A stretch of 64,000 nucleotides of DNA from Luteolibacter sp. (GCA_040399845.1 JBBARN010000007.1:8071-72070); one strand, 5' to 3'. Shown: positions 19,301 to 28,863, counted from the stretch's first letter. A program made the numbers and translations. Notes: generated by a model not told the origin, from the sequence alone.

Positions 19301-22117
19301 GTTTACAACGGACTGCCCTCGTGGACCGGTGCCTTCCGGCCCACCTCATTCGGATCCTACAGTGCCACACCCGCCGTCACCTATCCGGCTGCCACCATCG
19401 GCTCCCTCCCACCCTATCATCTCATTGCCAGTTGGATAGATGTGGCGAGTTCGCAATACTCTCAGGGCTTCAACGGTGTCCGATACCGCGGCACGCTCGT
19501 TTATAATGGCGTGGTCTATGATCACATCGAGTTTAAGAACCGCGGAATCGGCTCGACCTACGTGGCAGGGAAAAACAAGTGGAATATCTTCTTCAACCGC
19601 AGCCGCGATTTCTACCCGCTCGACAACTGGGGCCGCAAATACGCGGAAGGCTGGAACAATCTCATCCTCAATGCCAACGCCTCGCCCTGGGCCCCCGTCA
19701 ACCGCGGCTCGGCAGGTATCGAAGAAGCCTCATCCGCACGCATTTACGAACTTGCCGGCAATCACAACTTCCGCACCCATTATGTGCATTTCCGGGTGAT
19801 CGACGAAGCCACCGAGGCCTCCCCTACCAGTCAATTCAATGGCGACCTGTGGGGACTCTATCTCGCCATCGAACCCACCGAAGGAAACTTTCTGGATGAG
19901 CGCAAGCTTCCGGATGGAAACATCTATGCCATCGAGGGAAACAACGGCGACAAGAAACATCAGGGCGAAGGTCAACCAGTCAACTCCTCCGACTGGACCA
20001 CCTTCCTCGACGCACTGAACTCAAGCGGGCAGACCGAAGCATGGTATCGGGCAAACCTCGATCTCGATAAACTCTATACCTTCCTCGCTCTCAACCGCCT
20101 CATCGGCAATGTGGACGTCCGCCCCGGCGACAACTATCGTTTCTATCACCGCGTGAGTGATAACAAATGGGAGATTCTGGGATATGATTTCGACATGCAG
20201 TTCATCCCCGCCCACCACTGGGGAGGAACCATGGACGGAACGGTCGTGGCAGGCCAGCCATCAAGCATCCTCGCGATCATGCGTCATCCCGCACTCGCCA
20301 GGGAATACCGAAATCGCTGTCGCGAGTTGTTGGATCTGCTCGCTTCCGATGCCGCTTCCAACGGTGGGCAGGTCGGGCAGTTGCTGAACGAGTATGCCTC
20401 CATGATCCACCCCTCGGGCACGACCGCTACATGGGCCAACCTCGATGCAGCCATGTGGAACCTGCATCCCAACACGCCATCCGGGCATCGGGGAAATTTC
20501 CTTATCGCCAATATGACCGACAGCCGCGGCGGACTGGGCGGCACCGTGGCCACGGGCTCATGGATCCGCAACCTGACGGACCCGGATGGCGATGGCTTTG
20601 CGGACTTCAAGGCACGCACCGACTGGTTCATCAACTTCGCCACCAACACCTATCCATCCAACGCCGCCCCATGGGTCCGCAAGGCGACCAACTCCGCGGG
20701 AAGCGGCACCGATACGGATGTGAACCGCCAGAAAGGTTATGGCTACAAATATCTCGAATGGGAATCACGCTACGGCGGATATGCCAATGCGAATGAGGAG
20801 CCAAGCATCGCTCCTCATTTGGATTTCCCTTCCAGGCCGGTGCTGACGGCCACGGGCAACGCGGCATTTCCCGTCAATGATCTCACCTTTTCATCCTCCG
20901 CCTTCTCGGATCCGCAAGGCAGCGGGACATTCTCCGCTTGGCAATGGCGCATCGCAGAGATTTCCGCTCCAGGCATCCCCGGCCATATCGCGGGATCACC
21001 CTGCAAGTATGAGATCGAAACCCTCTCCACATCCGGAGCCCTCACCAACCCGCCCACCACATTCAAGATCCCGTTTGGCGTTGCAAAATCCGGCAAAACC
21101 TACCGCGTGAGGGTCCGCCACAAGGACACCACAGGAAACTGGAGCCACTGGTCCGCCCCCGCGCAGTTCCTCGCGACGACCGCACAACTCGACCTCATCC
21201 ATTACTGGAACTTCAACAATCCTTCCAGCCTCCTCACGCCCACCCGAAGCACCGGAGCTACAGCTCTCGCCGTCACGGGCGAAGGAGTCTCCGGAACAGG
21301 TCAGGATTTCACCGCCATCAATGCCCGCAACAGCGATGTCGCCGGCTCCCATCTCCGCGTCAACAATCCCCTCACTCCCGGAACGCAGTTGAACCTGGCC
21401 ATTCCCACCACGGGATTCGAAAACATCGTCGTCCAGTATGAATCCCGACGCTCCGGCCAAGGCGCGGGGACCCAGAATGTTACCTATACTCTCGACGGAA
21501 CGACCTTCATCAACTTCGCCCAACTCACCATCGCGGATTTAGCACCTGCCATCCAGATCCTCGACTTCTCGACCGTCACTGGCGCGAACAACAACCCGAA
21601 GTTTGGCATCCGCATCCAATTCAATCAAGGACTCGGCGGACTTGGCGGAAACAACCGATTCGACAATCTAACAGTAGAAGGCAACGCGCTGCCCTTGACC
21701 GGATACGATGCATGGAAACTCGCCCAATTTCCCAATCCGGCCGATTTCGCCAACGAGGCAGTTTCCGGACCCAATGCAAATCCATCCGGCGACGGCATCG
21801 TCAACCTCATCCGCTACGCCCATGGCGTGGGACCTTATGATCCGGTGATGTCCTTGCTGCCCAATCTCGTCAAAGCCGGCGGCGGATTTGTCTATCGCAT
21901 CCGTTATGATAACTCGATTCCCGGCATCTCGTGGCGAGTGGTCGCATCGAACAACCTGACGGCTTGGTCACAGGTCTTGTTCGATTCGGAAGCCAGCACC
22001 ATTCCGCCGCTGGAACAGGGATGGCTCTCAGTCACGATTCCCGCGCATCTCGGAGTTGGACCGGAAGCAGACCCGAGAATCTTCACCCGATTGGAGATTC
22101 GCAAGACGACACCCTGA
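16310..22117 (+). CDS. Large secreted multidomain protein: three FN3-like repeats, lamin-tail domain, CotH kinase domain, C-terminal domain
   Basis: Signal peptide; three 'AT.I..T.A.L...V.S.G....T.YYGP.DGG' repeats; VINEIHYHP..EFIELHN (LTD); RGIGS..AGKNKW and YDFDM (CotH). Confidence 0.8.
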   Translation: MKSNPPLAGRMFHILCAIPAIAALVSISALLAAPVSIGDPSFEGNSLNAGGSNYNLGPEWQETNGPNNGGGFEEYVPGFSAAGTDHLGMELGHDVWQNLSGTYQANTRYTLTVAVGRRTDTQTVIGNLSTYSLADSTGTVRASNSWDARANLSLSTFADAPPLVFDTPNDPSALGKTIRILLQARGVGRSHFDNIRLDAVSLIPPGAATITLLPATNVGGNSLTLNGQVNQIGNAAPAITFFWGPADRGIQPSSWANSFTLPGTQSGAFSTTISGLSPMSITHFTVRATNSAGSSWVTPAAQVQTQPLAPTLTTGTATQIQPTSAQLSASVTSTGGEPPAVTIYYGPNDGGTDPTAWASALALGVSSGNASNIARNLAQGTPYFFRAFAQNTGGGVWAPNTGTFSTLTISLPEIVNQPATGITGTTATLRGEVTSDGNDAPSITVFYGPSDGGTITANWASSAAVGTDSGNFTRFVAGLSPNTLYFFRCRAVNAAGTSWAPTSETFNTSALINSTPVINEIHYHPADDATQGPLPLEFIELHNPGDSTVSLAGWTITNAVTYTFPAGVNLAPGAYVVIAQNPATLLSKYGISTYGPWVGKLSNTGETIELRNAANVIMDTVSYGTGYPWPTAADGAGPSCELIHPALDNDLGGSWRSSGIAGVPSATYISPSSAGWKFRNGTAEASTPVTAWRDLAFNDSTWSTTSTSVGYGSEYTPSVTLTAMRNSYRSIYFRRPFTIASSLPTQLSLRLRYDDGYVAWINGVEVSRNNAPAGQVPFNVTSGTSLQDHPASAWETITINTVIDGVNILRGGSNVLCVHALNQSTGSSDFFFDAELGFAGSSATNNPTPGAPNASRLIASRVPPQSRQVSHSPTQPTAGQAVTITARVTDPDGMGNVTLSYQTVNPGTYIPLKTYDDFNRIQVDNPTYSRTWTTVPMYDNGTNGDIVAGDFTYTAVLPASLQTHRRLVRYKLNLADALGNTQTIPYRDDEQPNFAYFVYNGLPSWTGAFRPTSFGSYSATPAVTYPAATIGSLPPYHLIASWIDVASSQYSQGFNGVRYRGTLVYNGVVYDHIEFKNRGIGSTYVAGKNKWNIFFNRSRDFYPLDNWGRKYAEGWNNLILNANASPWAPVNRGSAGIEEASSARIYELAGNHNFRTHYVHFRVIDEATEASPTSQFNGDLWGLYLAIEPTEGNFLDERKLPDGNIYAIEGNNGDKKHQGEGQPVNSSDWTTFLDALNSSGQTEAWYRANLDLDKLYTFLALNRLIGNVDVRPGDNYRFYHRVSDNKWEILGYDFDMQFIPAHHWGGTMDGTVVAGQPSSILAIMRHPALAREYRNRCRELLDLLASDAASNGGQVGQLLNEYASMIHPSGTTATWANLDAAMWNLHPNTPSGHRGNFLIANMTDSRGGLGGTVATGSWIRNLTDPDGDGFADFKARTDWFINFATNTYPSNAAPWVRKATNSAGSGTDTDVNRQKGYGYKYLEWESRYGGYANANEEPSIAPHLDFPSRPVLTATGNAAFPVNDLTFSSSAFSDPQGSGTFSAWQWRIAEISAPGIPGHIAGSPCKYEIETLSTSGALTNPPTTFKIPFGVAKSGKTYRVRVRHKDTTGNWSHWSAPAQFLATTAQLDLIHYWNFNNPSSLLTPTRSTGATALAVTGEGVSGTGQDFTAINARNSDVAGSHLRVNNPLTPGTQLNLAIPTTGFENIVVQYESRRSGQGAGTQNVTYTLDGTTFINFAQLTIADLAPAIQILDFSTVTGANNNPKFGIRIQFNQGLGGLGGNNRFDNLTVEGNALPLTGYDAWKLAQFPNPADFANEAVSGPNANPSGDGIVNLIRYAHGVGPYDPVMSLLPNLVKAGGGFVYRIRYDNSIPGISWRVVASNNLTAWSQVLFDSEASTIPPLEQGWLSVTIPAHLGVGPEADPRIFTRLEIRKTTP

Positions 22118-22135
22118 GGCAGTTTCGCGGCGCGA

Positions 22136-23257
22136 TCAGCCAAGGAAAATCCGCTCGATCATCCAGCCAAGTCCGGCGCATGTGACCAGAATCGAGCCCA
22201 GCACCTGCACTTTGTTTTCCCATTTGCGGAGTGGCCAAAGGACCAGGAAGGCCAAGCACAACACCGTGATCTGCGCCAGCTCGACGCCCACGTTGAAGCT
22301 CACCAACGGCACCGTGAGCCGCTGCCGCGGAAGACCTTCCAGCTTCTCCGCAAGCACGCTCGCAAAGCCCATCCCGTGAATTAGGCCGAAAGCCAGCACA
22401 AGTCCCAGCCGGAGATTGCCGACTTTTTTGGAAACCAGATTCTCCACCCCGATGAAGGCGATGCTGAACGCGATGAGGATCTCGACCAGCTTGGACGGCA
22501 GACTGATGAATCCCAAAATCGACAAAGCCAACGTCACCGAGTGGGCGAGCGTGAACATCAGGGATTGCTTCAACAAGGGCTTCCATTGCGGCACCATGAG
22601 AAACAGCCCGAGGATGAAAAGCATGTGATCCAATCCCAGCGGAACCACATGATGGAATCCTGATAGAATCCAACTCATCGCCGAGGATTGTGGGACCTCC
22701 ACACTCTCGCCGGAAGCTTCCACCTTTACGAGGGTCACCGTGTTGCCGGGCAGCACGCTCACCAATTTGCCTTCCTCACCCTCTTCTGTTAGAACGATCA
22801 GTTCGGATTCCTCCTCTCCACTCCAATGGATCTTTAACTCGCCCGGAGCACTCTGTTTCTCCATCACCACCCGCGTGGAAATGAGGGCCCAGTCCGCAGC
22901 TTCCTCGGGCAGGCTGAATGGCTGTTTTTCGAAATCAGGAAACTCGATTTTCCATGCAATTTCATCATCTGAAAAGGTAAAGCGCATCAAGGAACGCAGC
23001 GTGTTCTCAGTCTCCCGGCGGATGCGCTCAAGTTCCTCGGGGGGGGCCTTCATTGTGGTCTCACGGCTCAGTGGCTGGCCGCCGGGCACCTTGCGCGTCT
23101 CTGGCAACATGTAGGCAATATCCATTTCCCCCAGCAGGCGCCATTGATCGTCCAGATTCTGGAATTCAAACTCCACGGATTCGACCTGATGGGCGGCGGA
23201 GCGGGCCATCAGACCGATCCAGACGAGAAACAGCAGAAAAACGCGGACGAGCCTCAT
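22136..23257 (-). CDS. HupE/UreJ family membrane protein
   Basis: GFHHVVPLGLDHMLF, FTLAHSVTL, GLIHGMGFA and FNVGVELAQ motifs; start 23257 preferred. Confidence 0.85.
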   Translation of the reverse strand: MRLVRVFLLFLVWIGLMARSAAHQVESVEFEFQNLDDQWRLLGEMDIAYMLPETRKVPGGQPLSRETTMKAPPEELERIRRETENTLRSLMRFTFSDDEIAWKIEFPDFEKQPFSLPEEAADWALISTRVVMEKQSAPGELKIHWSGEEESELIVLTEEGEEGKLVSVLPGNTVTLVKVEASGESVEVPQSSAMSWILSGFHHVVPLGLDHMLFILGLFLMVPQWKPLLKQSLMFTLAHSVTLALSILGFISLPSKLVEILIAFSIAFIGVENLVSKKVGNLRLGLVLAFGLIHGMGFASVLAEKLEGLPRQRLTVPLVSFNVGVELAQITVLCLAFLVLWPLRKWENKVQVLGSILVTCAGLGWMIERIFLG

Positions 23258-23374
23258 GGTATGCACGATGGACGAGAGCCTTGTCAGCCACGGAAGATTT
23301 GCAAGGAAACACCGACCGCAGATTGGCAACATCCGGCGGTTGCACAGCGGTGGCGGAACCGCTAGCGTCCCGCC

Positions 23375-24277
23375 GTGCCCCGTCCAGTCGATGCCGTGAT
23401 CGAATTCCTCGAAGCCGAAAAGGCGCGGGGCGTGAGCCATGTTTTTCTCGACGAAAGCGCCCGCGACGGCCTCCGCGATCTTTACCGCAAGGCCCAGAAC
23501 GGTGGCGTGGCAAGGCCTTCGCCCGCCCCAGCAAGCACTCCCATTGCGGCGCACAAGCCATCCGCGCCAGCCCCCGGGATCCAAGTTCCCACCATCACTC
23601 TGGATAATCCGCCAGCCGCTCCGCCAGCCAGGATCACGGCTGAAGGCTCATCGAAACAGGAGCGCCTCGATTCCTTGCGCCGTCAGGCGGAAAAATGGGC
23701 ACCTGCGCGCTCACTCGGCACCCTGCGGGACGTGATGGTCTTCGCCACTGGGAATCCGGATGCCCGCGTGATGCTCGTCGGTGAAGCTCCAGGCTATCAG
23801 GAGGAAAGGGAACGCGAACCCTTCGTCGGCCCCGCCGGACAAAAGCTCAATGACATCCTCAAGGCGATGGGACTCCCGCGCGAGGAGGTTTATATTTCCA
23901 ATATCGTCAAATTCCGCCCAGCGACTCCACGGCAAACGACCAACAATCGCAAGCCGACCCCCGAAGAAATGGCATCCTGCATGCCCTTTGTTCGTAACGA
24001 AGTGGAAATCATCCGTCCCGAATGCATCGTCGCCCTCGGCGGCACGGCCGCGGAAGGACTGCTGGGACTCGATGGCACCGTCGGATCCATGAGGGGAAAA
24101 TGGCATCAGTTTGAAGGCATCCCGGTGCGAGTCACTTATCACCCGAGTTACCTGCTGCAATCCGGTGCCAATCTCTCGATCAAACGCCAACTCTGGGAGG
24201 ACATGTTGGAAGTCATGGCAAAACTCGCCATGCCCATCTCGGACAAACAACGCGGATTTTTCCTGCCGAAACCCTGA
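23375..24277 (+). CDS. Uracil-DNA glycosylase, family 4-like
   Basis: VGEAPG, PFVGPAG, YISNIVK.RP and TYHPSYLL motifs. Confidence 0.88.
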   Translation: MPRPVDAVIEFLEAEKARGVSHVFLDESARDGLRDLYRKAQNGGVARPSPAPASTPIAAHKPSAPAPGIQVPTITLDNPPAAPPARITAEGSSKQERLDSLRRQAEKWAPARSLGTLRDVMVFATGNPDARVMLVGEAPGYQEEREREPFVGPAGQKLNDILKAMGLPREEVYISNIVKFRPATPRQTTNNRKPTPEEMASCMPFVRNEVEIIRPECIVALGGTAAEGLLGLDGTVGSMRGKWHQFEGIPVRVTYHPSYLLQSGANLSIKRQLWEDMLEVMAKLAMPISDKQRGFFLPKP

Positions 24278-24280
24278 TCA

Positions 24281-25117
24281 TCAAGCGAGCGACTTCTCGC
24301 CGAGCACCTTGATCGCCTTGGGCGTGCGCTTGCGTCGGAGCCCGAACTGGCGCACGGCATGGCGTTGCAAATGAGCCACCGCATCCTCAATGTCGTCGGT
24401 GAAAAAGATCAACTCCGGATCGTCAGGGCTGATCATTCCTTCATCCGCCATCTTGTAAACAAAGTCCATCAGCGGCTGCCAGTAGTCCTTGCCCATCAGG
24501 ACGATGGGAAAACCCTTGAGTTTTCCGGTCTGAATCAGAGTCATGGTTTCAAACATCTCATCCATGGTCCCCGCTCCACCGGGCATGACGATGAATGCAT
24601 AGGAATACTTCACGAGCACCACCTTGCGGGTGAAAAAATAGCGCATGGTGATGGATCGCTGCACGAAGGGATTGAGATGCTGTTCGAAGGGCAATTCGAT
24701 GTTCACCCCGATGGATCGTCCGCCGATTTCAAAAGCGCCCTGGTTTCCAGCCTGCATGATACCCGGGCCGCCGCCAGTCATCACGGTGAATCCAAGACGT
24801 GCGCAGGCAGCCCCCATCTGGCGGGCCATTTCATAATAACGCGTGCCTGGCTGGGTCCTCGCAGAACCAAAAATAGTCACACAGGGGCCGGCGAAATGCA
24901 GTGCACGGAATCCGCGCAGCAAATCCCGGCTCACCCGTAGCAAGGTCATCAGGTTGTGAATGCGCGAGCTCGGCCCGGACAAAAGCCCGCGGTCGCCCGC
25001 CTCCAACTCAAATAACTCCTGCTTGCGGATTTCCTCCTCCGTGATGTTGAGGTTCGCCGTTGGCTGGGGCAATGTAGGGCATTTCAAATCGCTCACAACT
25101 CCGGTCCTATCACCCAT
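24281..25117 (-). CDS. LOG family protein (TIGR00730-like; start uncertain)
   Basis: FGSAR, TGGGPGIM and PGGAGTMDEMFE motifs. Confidence 0.88.
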   Translation of the reverse strand: MGDRTGVVSDLKCPTLPQPTANLNITEEEIRKQELFELEAGDRGLLSGPSSRIHNLMTLLRVSRDLLRGFRALHFAGPCVTIFGSARTQPGTRYYEMARQMGAACARLGFTVMTGGGPGIMQAGNQGAFEIGGRSIGVNIELPFEQHLNPFVQRSITMRYFFTRKVVLVKYSYAFIVMPGGAGTMDEMFETMTLIQTGKLKGFPIVLMGKDYWQPLMDFVYKMADEGMISPDDPELIFFTDDIEDAVAHLQRHAVRQFGLRRKRTPKAIKVLGEKSLA

Positions 25118-25327
25118 TCACACCGATTCCAACGCGAAATCGATATGGACCGTTGTGGCTTGCCATCCAAATGCTTTCGCCAAGCTTCACCGGTTGAAAG
25201 CGTGGGCCGTAGGCAGTGCCGATATCCAGACTATTGAAGGATTGGGCCCCGACGGGGAGGCGACTGAGATGACGGCTCCGATTTCGGATTCGACAAATCC
25301 CCCGTGCCTACGCCAGATTGCCGCCCC

Positions 25328-26488
25328 ATGGCAGGTCTCATCATCGCTCCACGAGCACGCATTTTTCACGGTCACGAGTGGGTTTATGCCACCGAAATCA
25401 AAAAATCCTTCGGGGACCCCCAGCCAGGCGACGTGGTGACTCTCAAGGATTTCCGAGATCGCCCGCTGGGATCGGCCATTTACAACCCGCAATCACAAAT
25501 TGTGGCCCGGCGATTCTCCCGGCGTCGTCAGGATCTCGATCTCGATTTTTTCACCCGTCGCATCCGCCAATCCCTGGAATACAGGCAGCGCTCGGGAATT
25601 GATGAACGCCTCTGCCGGGTGGTGTGGTCGGAGTCCGACGGCATCCCGGGGCTGATTGTGGATCGTTACGGTGATCATCTTTCCGTTCAGACGCTCACCT
25701 TGGCGATGGATCTGCGGAAGGAAATCATCCGCGATGCACTGGTGGCCCTTTTTTCGCCGAAATCAATCGTGCTGAGGAATGATTCCCCATTTCGGAAGGC
25801 GGAGGGAATGGAACCGGGCATCGAAATGCTATATGGTGAGAACCCCGGTTCATTCGGGGTGCGGGCGAATGAACTGGATTTTGAAATCGACCTCTACGAC
25901 GGACAGAAGACCGGTCTCTACCTCGATCAACTCCAATCCCATGCCGAAGTCGCCAAACTCGCCAAAGGCAAGCGGGTGCTCGATTGCTTCACCAACCAGG
26001 GCGGATTTGCCCTTGCCTGTGCCAAGGCCGGGGCGGCGCACGTCACGGCGGTGGACGTTTCTGCCAGTGCCTGTGAGGCTGCCCGCCACAATGCCAGACT
26101 CAATGGCTTGGAAATCGAAGTTTTGGAACACAATGTCTTCGATTTCCTCAAGCATGCCAAACCGGAATACGACCTCATCATCCTCGATCCGCCGAGTTTC
26201 ACCCGCAACAAAAAGACGCTGATGGATGCCATGCGCGGATATAAGGAAATCCATCTTCGCTCGTTGAAGTTGTTGGATAGAGGTGGCATCCTATCCACCT
26301 TTTGCTGTTCCCACCATGCATCGCGCGAGTTGTTCTTGGAAAACCTCGCGGATGCCTCGGTGGATGCCAAGAAATCGCTGCGCCTCCTCGCGGAACATGG
26401 CCAGCGCGCGGATCACCCGGTGCTCATCACCCTTCCCGAAACCGGTTACCTCAAAGGCATCACGGTGGAAGTGATTGCGACACGGTGA
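25328..26488 (+). CDS. PUA-domain class I SAM-dependent rRNA methyltransferase (RlmI-like)
   Basis: GHEWVY PUA start, SESDGIPGLIVDRY, GQKTGLYLDQ and ILDPPSF motifs. Confidence 0.88.
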   Translation: MAGLIIAPRARIFHGHEWVYATEIKKSFGDPQPGDVVTLKDFRDRPLGSAIYNPQSQIVARRFSRRRQDLDLDFFTRRIRQSLEYRQRSGIDERLCRVVWSESDGIPGLIVDRYGDHLSVQTLTLAMDLRKEIIRDALVALFSPKSIVLRNDSPFRKAEGMEPGIEMLYGENPGSFGVRANELDFEIDLYDGQKTGLYLDQLQSHAEVAKLAKGKRVLDCFTNQGGFALACAKAGAAHVTAVDVSASACEAARHNARLNGLEIEVLEHNVFDFLKHAKPEYDLIILDPPSFTRNKKTLMDAMRGYKEIHLRSLKLLDRGGILSTFCCSHHASRELFLENLADASVDAKKSLRLLAEHGQRADHPVLITLPETGYLKGITVEVIATR

Positions 26489-26665
26489 ACCGCTTGGTGC
26501 TCAGGAAGCTCGGTTTGAATCAACACAGGATTCTCGGACGGTATCACGATGCAACACGTTGATGAACAATTTCCGAGCAATTCAGCGCACTTCTGAATCC
26601 GCAAATCTTGCTTTTCCACCAGAAGAAACCAAGCCGCAAATCACTGATTGCCAACAAGTTCCAAC

Positions 26666-26712
26666 TGGTAGTCCCGACAGGAATCGAACCTGTACCTACG
26701 GCTTCGGAGGCC
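26666..26712 (-). tRNA. 3' fragment of tRNA-Arg(CCG), an att core rather than an intact gene
   Basis: Reverse complement GGC-CTCCGAA-GCCGT AGGT ACAGG-TTCGATT-CCTGT CGGGACT ACCA; no D arm or 5' acceptor strand upstream. Confidence 0.85.
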
Positions 26713-26729
26713 ATGTTTGCGACTTAGAT

Positions 26730-26768
26730 TATCAATGAGTTACGTCTTTTGGGTAGCACGAGGTAGCA
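26730..26768. promoter_or_regulatory. att arm: IHF-consensus site and GGTAGCA direct repeats (putative integrase arm sites)
   Basis: TATCAATGAGTTA (26730-26742) matches WATCAANNNNTTR; GGTAGCA at 26752-26758 and 26762-26768. Confidence 0.6.
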
Positions 26769-26811
26769 GATTGATCTTGAGTCGCAACGAGTGGAATGGT
26801 AAGGAATACGC

Positions 26812-28053
26812 ATGAAAGATCCCGTCACGGTCTCCGAAGTTTCTCACCCGAAATGCTCTCATGCGTGCTTGTATCCAGGCGAGGATGGCAGACGCAAGCG
26901 GAAGTATTTCACCAACGAAACCGATGCCCTCGACTTCGCCAATAAACGGCGGGAGGAACTTGGCATCAACGGCTCCGCCTTCGGAACGATCAACGCCGAT
27001 GAACGCGCCGCGCTGGCATGCTGGCGAGCCTTCGCTACGGACCATGCCGCGCCCGACCTGCTGGTTGTTATCCGCCACTACGTCAAAGAGTGGAAGACCA
27101 AGAGTGGATCAGTGACCATCACCAAAGCACTCAAACGCTACGTCGAACACATCGAGGCGGAAGGCGCGAGCGACCGCCACGTCACCAGTGTCAAGAGCCG
27201 GATTGGTCGTCTCGTCACCGACCATGGCGAAAAGCTTGTCGCCAGTATCGACGAGGGCACGTTCGCCGACTGGCTCAACGGATTGCGCGGCACCCGTGCG
27301 GACAAGGCGGGTGACAAACTTACGCTCACCACGCGGGACAATCTCAAAAAAACCTGCCGCACGTTCTTCGCCTACTGCATAGGCCGCGGGTGGGCATCGA
27401 CCAACCCGGTCCCGTTAGCCTCCAAGAAGCAGACCCGCCAACACCGCATCGCCAAGCGCAAGGCACCAGCGATCATGCTGCCGGAGGATGTGAAGAAGTT
27501 CCTCCACAAGATCGAGGAAGTCGCCGCGCCCATCCTGCCGTTCTGGTTGGTCAAGTTCTTCGCCGGCATTCGCGATGCCGAGGCAGACCGGATGGATTGG
27601 AAAATGATCGATCTGAAGTCCGGCTTCATCCACCTGCCCGCCGCGATCACGAAAACTGGGGATGCCCGCAAGGTGAAGATCGAACCGACGCTTGCGGAAT
27701 GGCTGACACCGCTGGCCAAGAAATCCGGTCCCATCGCCCCAGCCACCACGCCTCGTCGCTACTGGTATAAGAAAGTCCTCCGCCACCTTCGCGCGCCGAA
27801 GACGAAAGGCGGCAAACCGCAGGTGTTCGTTTTTCCCTCTAACGCCGCCCGCCATAGCTTCGGGACCTATCACCTGTTTCACTTTCGCGATCCCGGCGAG
27901 ACGGCGATCCAACTTGGCCACAAAGGCAATCCGTCGATGCTTTGGGAGCACTACGCCAACTCGGCAGCCGAAGAGCACGCCGGGGCATTCTGGGAGATCC
28001 GCACGAGCAAGGAGAAGGTTGTGAACATCAGCAAGGGAAGGAGGACGGCGTGA
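26812..28053 (+). CDS. Tyrosine recombinase/integrase
   Basis: FFAGIRDAE (R), KTGDARKV (K), ARHSFGTY (H..R region), LGHKGNPSMLWEHY (H, Y). Confidence 0.9.
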   Translation: MKDPVTVSEVSHPKCSHACLYPGEDGRRKRKYFTNETDALDFANKRREELGINGSAFGTINADERAALACWRAFATDHAAPDLLVVIRHYVKEWKTKSGSVTITKALKRYVEHIEAEGASDRHVTSVKSRIGRLVTDHGEKLVASIDEGTFADWLNGLRGTRADKAGDKLTLTTRDNLKKTCRTFFAYCIGRGWASTNPVPLASKKQTRQHRIAKRKAPAIMLPEDVKKFLHKIEEVAAPILPFWLVKFFAGIRDAEADRMDWKMIDLKSGFIHLPAAITKTGDARKVKIEPTLAEWLTPLAKKSGPIAPATTPRRYWYKKVLRHLRAPKTKGGKPQVFVFPSNAARHSFGTYHLFHFRDPGETAIQLGHKGNPSMLWEHYANSAAEEHAGAFWEIRTSKEKVVNISKGRRTA

Positions 28054-28589
28054 GCGATTCCCTTGAAAAGAAAGTGCGGGCGATCTTCACGCCCGACTGG
28101 AGGCGTTTTCTAATGGCCAGCCTGCAGTTGCAGGAAATCGATATGCAACCACCGGTCACCGACAAGCGGCGAACCAAGAAGCAGGAAACCCTCACCAATG
28201 AAGAAAAGAGACTTCGCGCGGAAGCGATTCTCGCGTTCCAATGGAATGATATCGATATGATCATGCCCATCATCGAGGATGCATTCACCCGCCGGGATCC
28301 AACGCCGTTTCTCATGCTGGCACGAGTAGCACATGAACTTGGGACTATCCCCAGCGAAACCAAAAAACGCGTGAAACGTGCCCTGGAAGCGGAAATACGA
28401 CTGCTGAACAAGATGGAAAGAATTCCAACGAAACAGGAAATCCAGGAGGAAAGCGGAATGAAGATGGAGCCGCAGCGATGGACTGAAATTCACAAGGCGG
28501 CCGGCCAGGCGAAAAACCCCACCGGCAAGCCCAAGCGCGGGCAGGAAAGGCGCGGCGGCATTGGGCGGAAAAAGCTACCGCTGAAGTAA
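28050..28589 (+). CDS. Hypothetical protein, possible C-terminal DNA-binding helix pair
   Basis: GTG start overlaps the integrase TGA; basic C-terminus. Confidence 0.55.
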   Translation: MSDSLEKKVRAIFTPDWRRFLMASLQLQEIDMQPPVTDKRRTKKQETLTNEEKRLRAEAILAFQWNDIDMIMPIIEDAFTRRDPTPFLMLARVAHELGTIPSETKKRVKRALEAEIRLLNKMERIPTKQEIQEESGMKMEPQRWTEIHKAAGQAKNPTGKPKRGQERRGGIGRKKLPLK

Positions 28590-28650
28590 CGGCAATTTTC
28601 CTGATACGCCGTTACGACATAGGGTCGCACCGGGGCGCACGCTCTGCGCC

Positions 28651-28863
28651 ATGCTTGCAAACGCACAACTTCTGACGCGCCGGGAGGCCGCTGAATGCCT
28701 CCGCCAATCCGTCCGCATGGTGGACATGCTGATCGCCTCCGGGGAACTGCCCGCTGTCCACATTGGACGATCCGTCCGCATCCGCCCGTCCGCCATCGAG
28801 TATTTCATCTCGGCGCGGGAATCACGGACCAAGATCAAGATCAACCGGAGGGCACGGTCATGA
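28651..28863 (+). CDS. Excisionase-type HTH protein (Xis/AlpA-like)
   Basis: LLTRREAAECL...GELPAVHIGRSVRI pattern of excisionase HTHs. Confidence 0.85.
   Translation: MLANAQLLTRREAAECLRQSVRMVDMLIASGELPAVHIGRSVRIRPSAIEYFISARESRTKIKINRRARS

Noticed and set aside
26666-26745. Intact tRNA-Arg gene
   Set aside because: Only the anticodon arm, T arm and 3' acceptor strand are present; the upstream sequence cannot form a D arm or 5' acceptor strand
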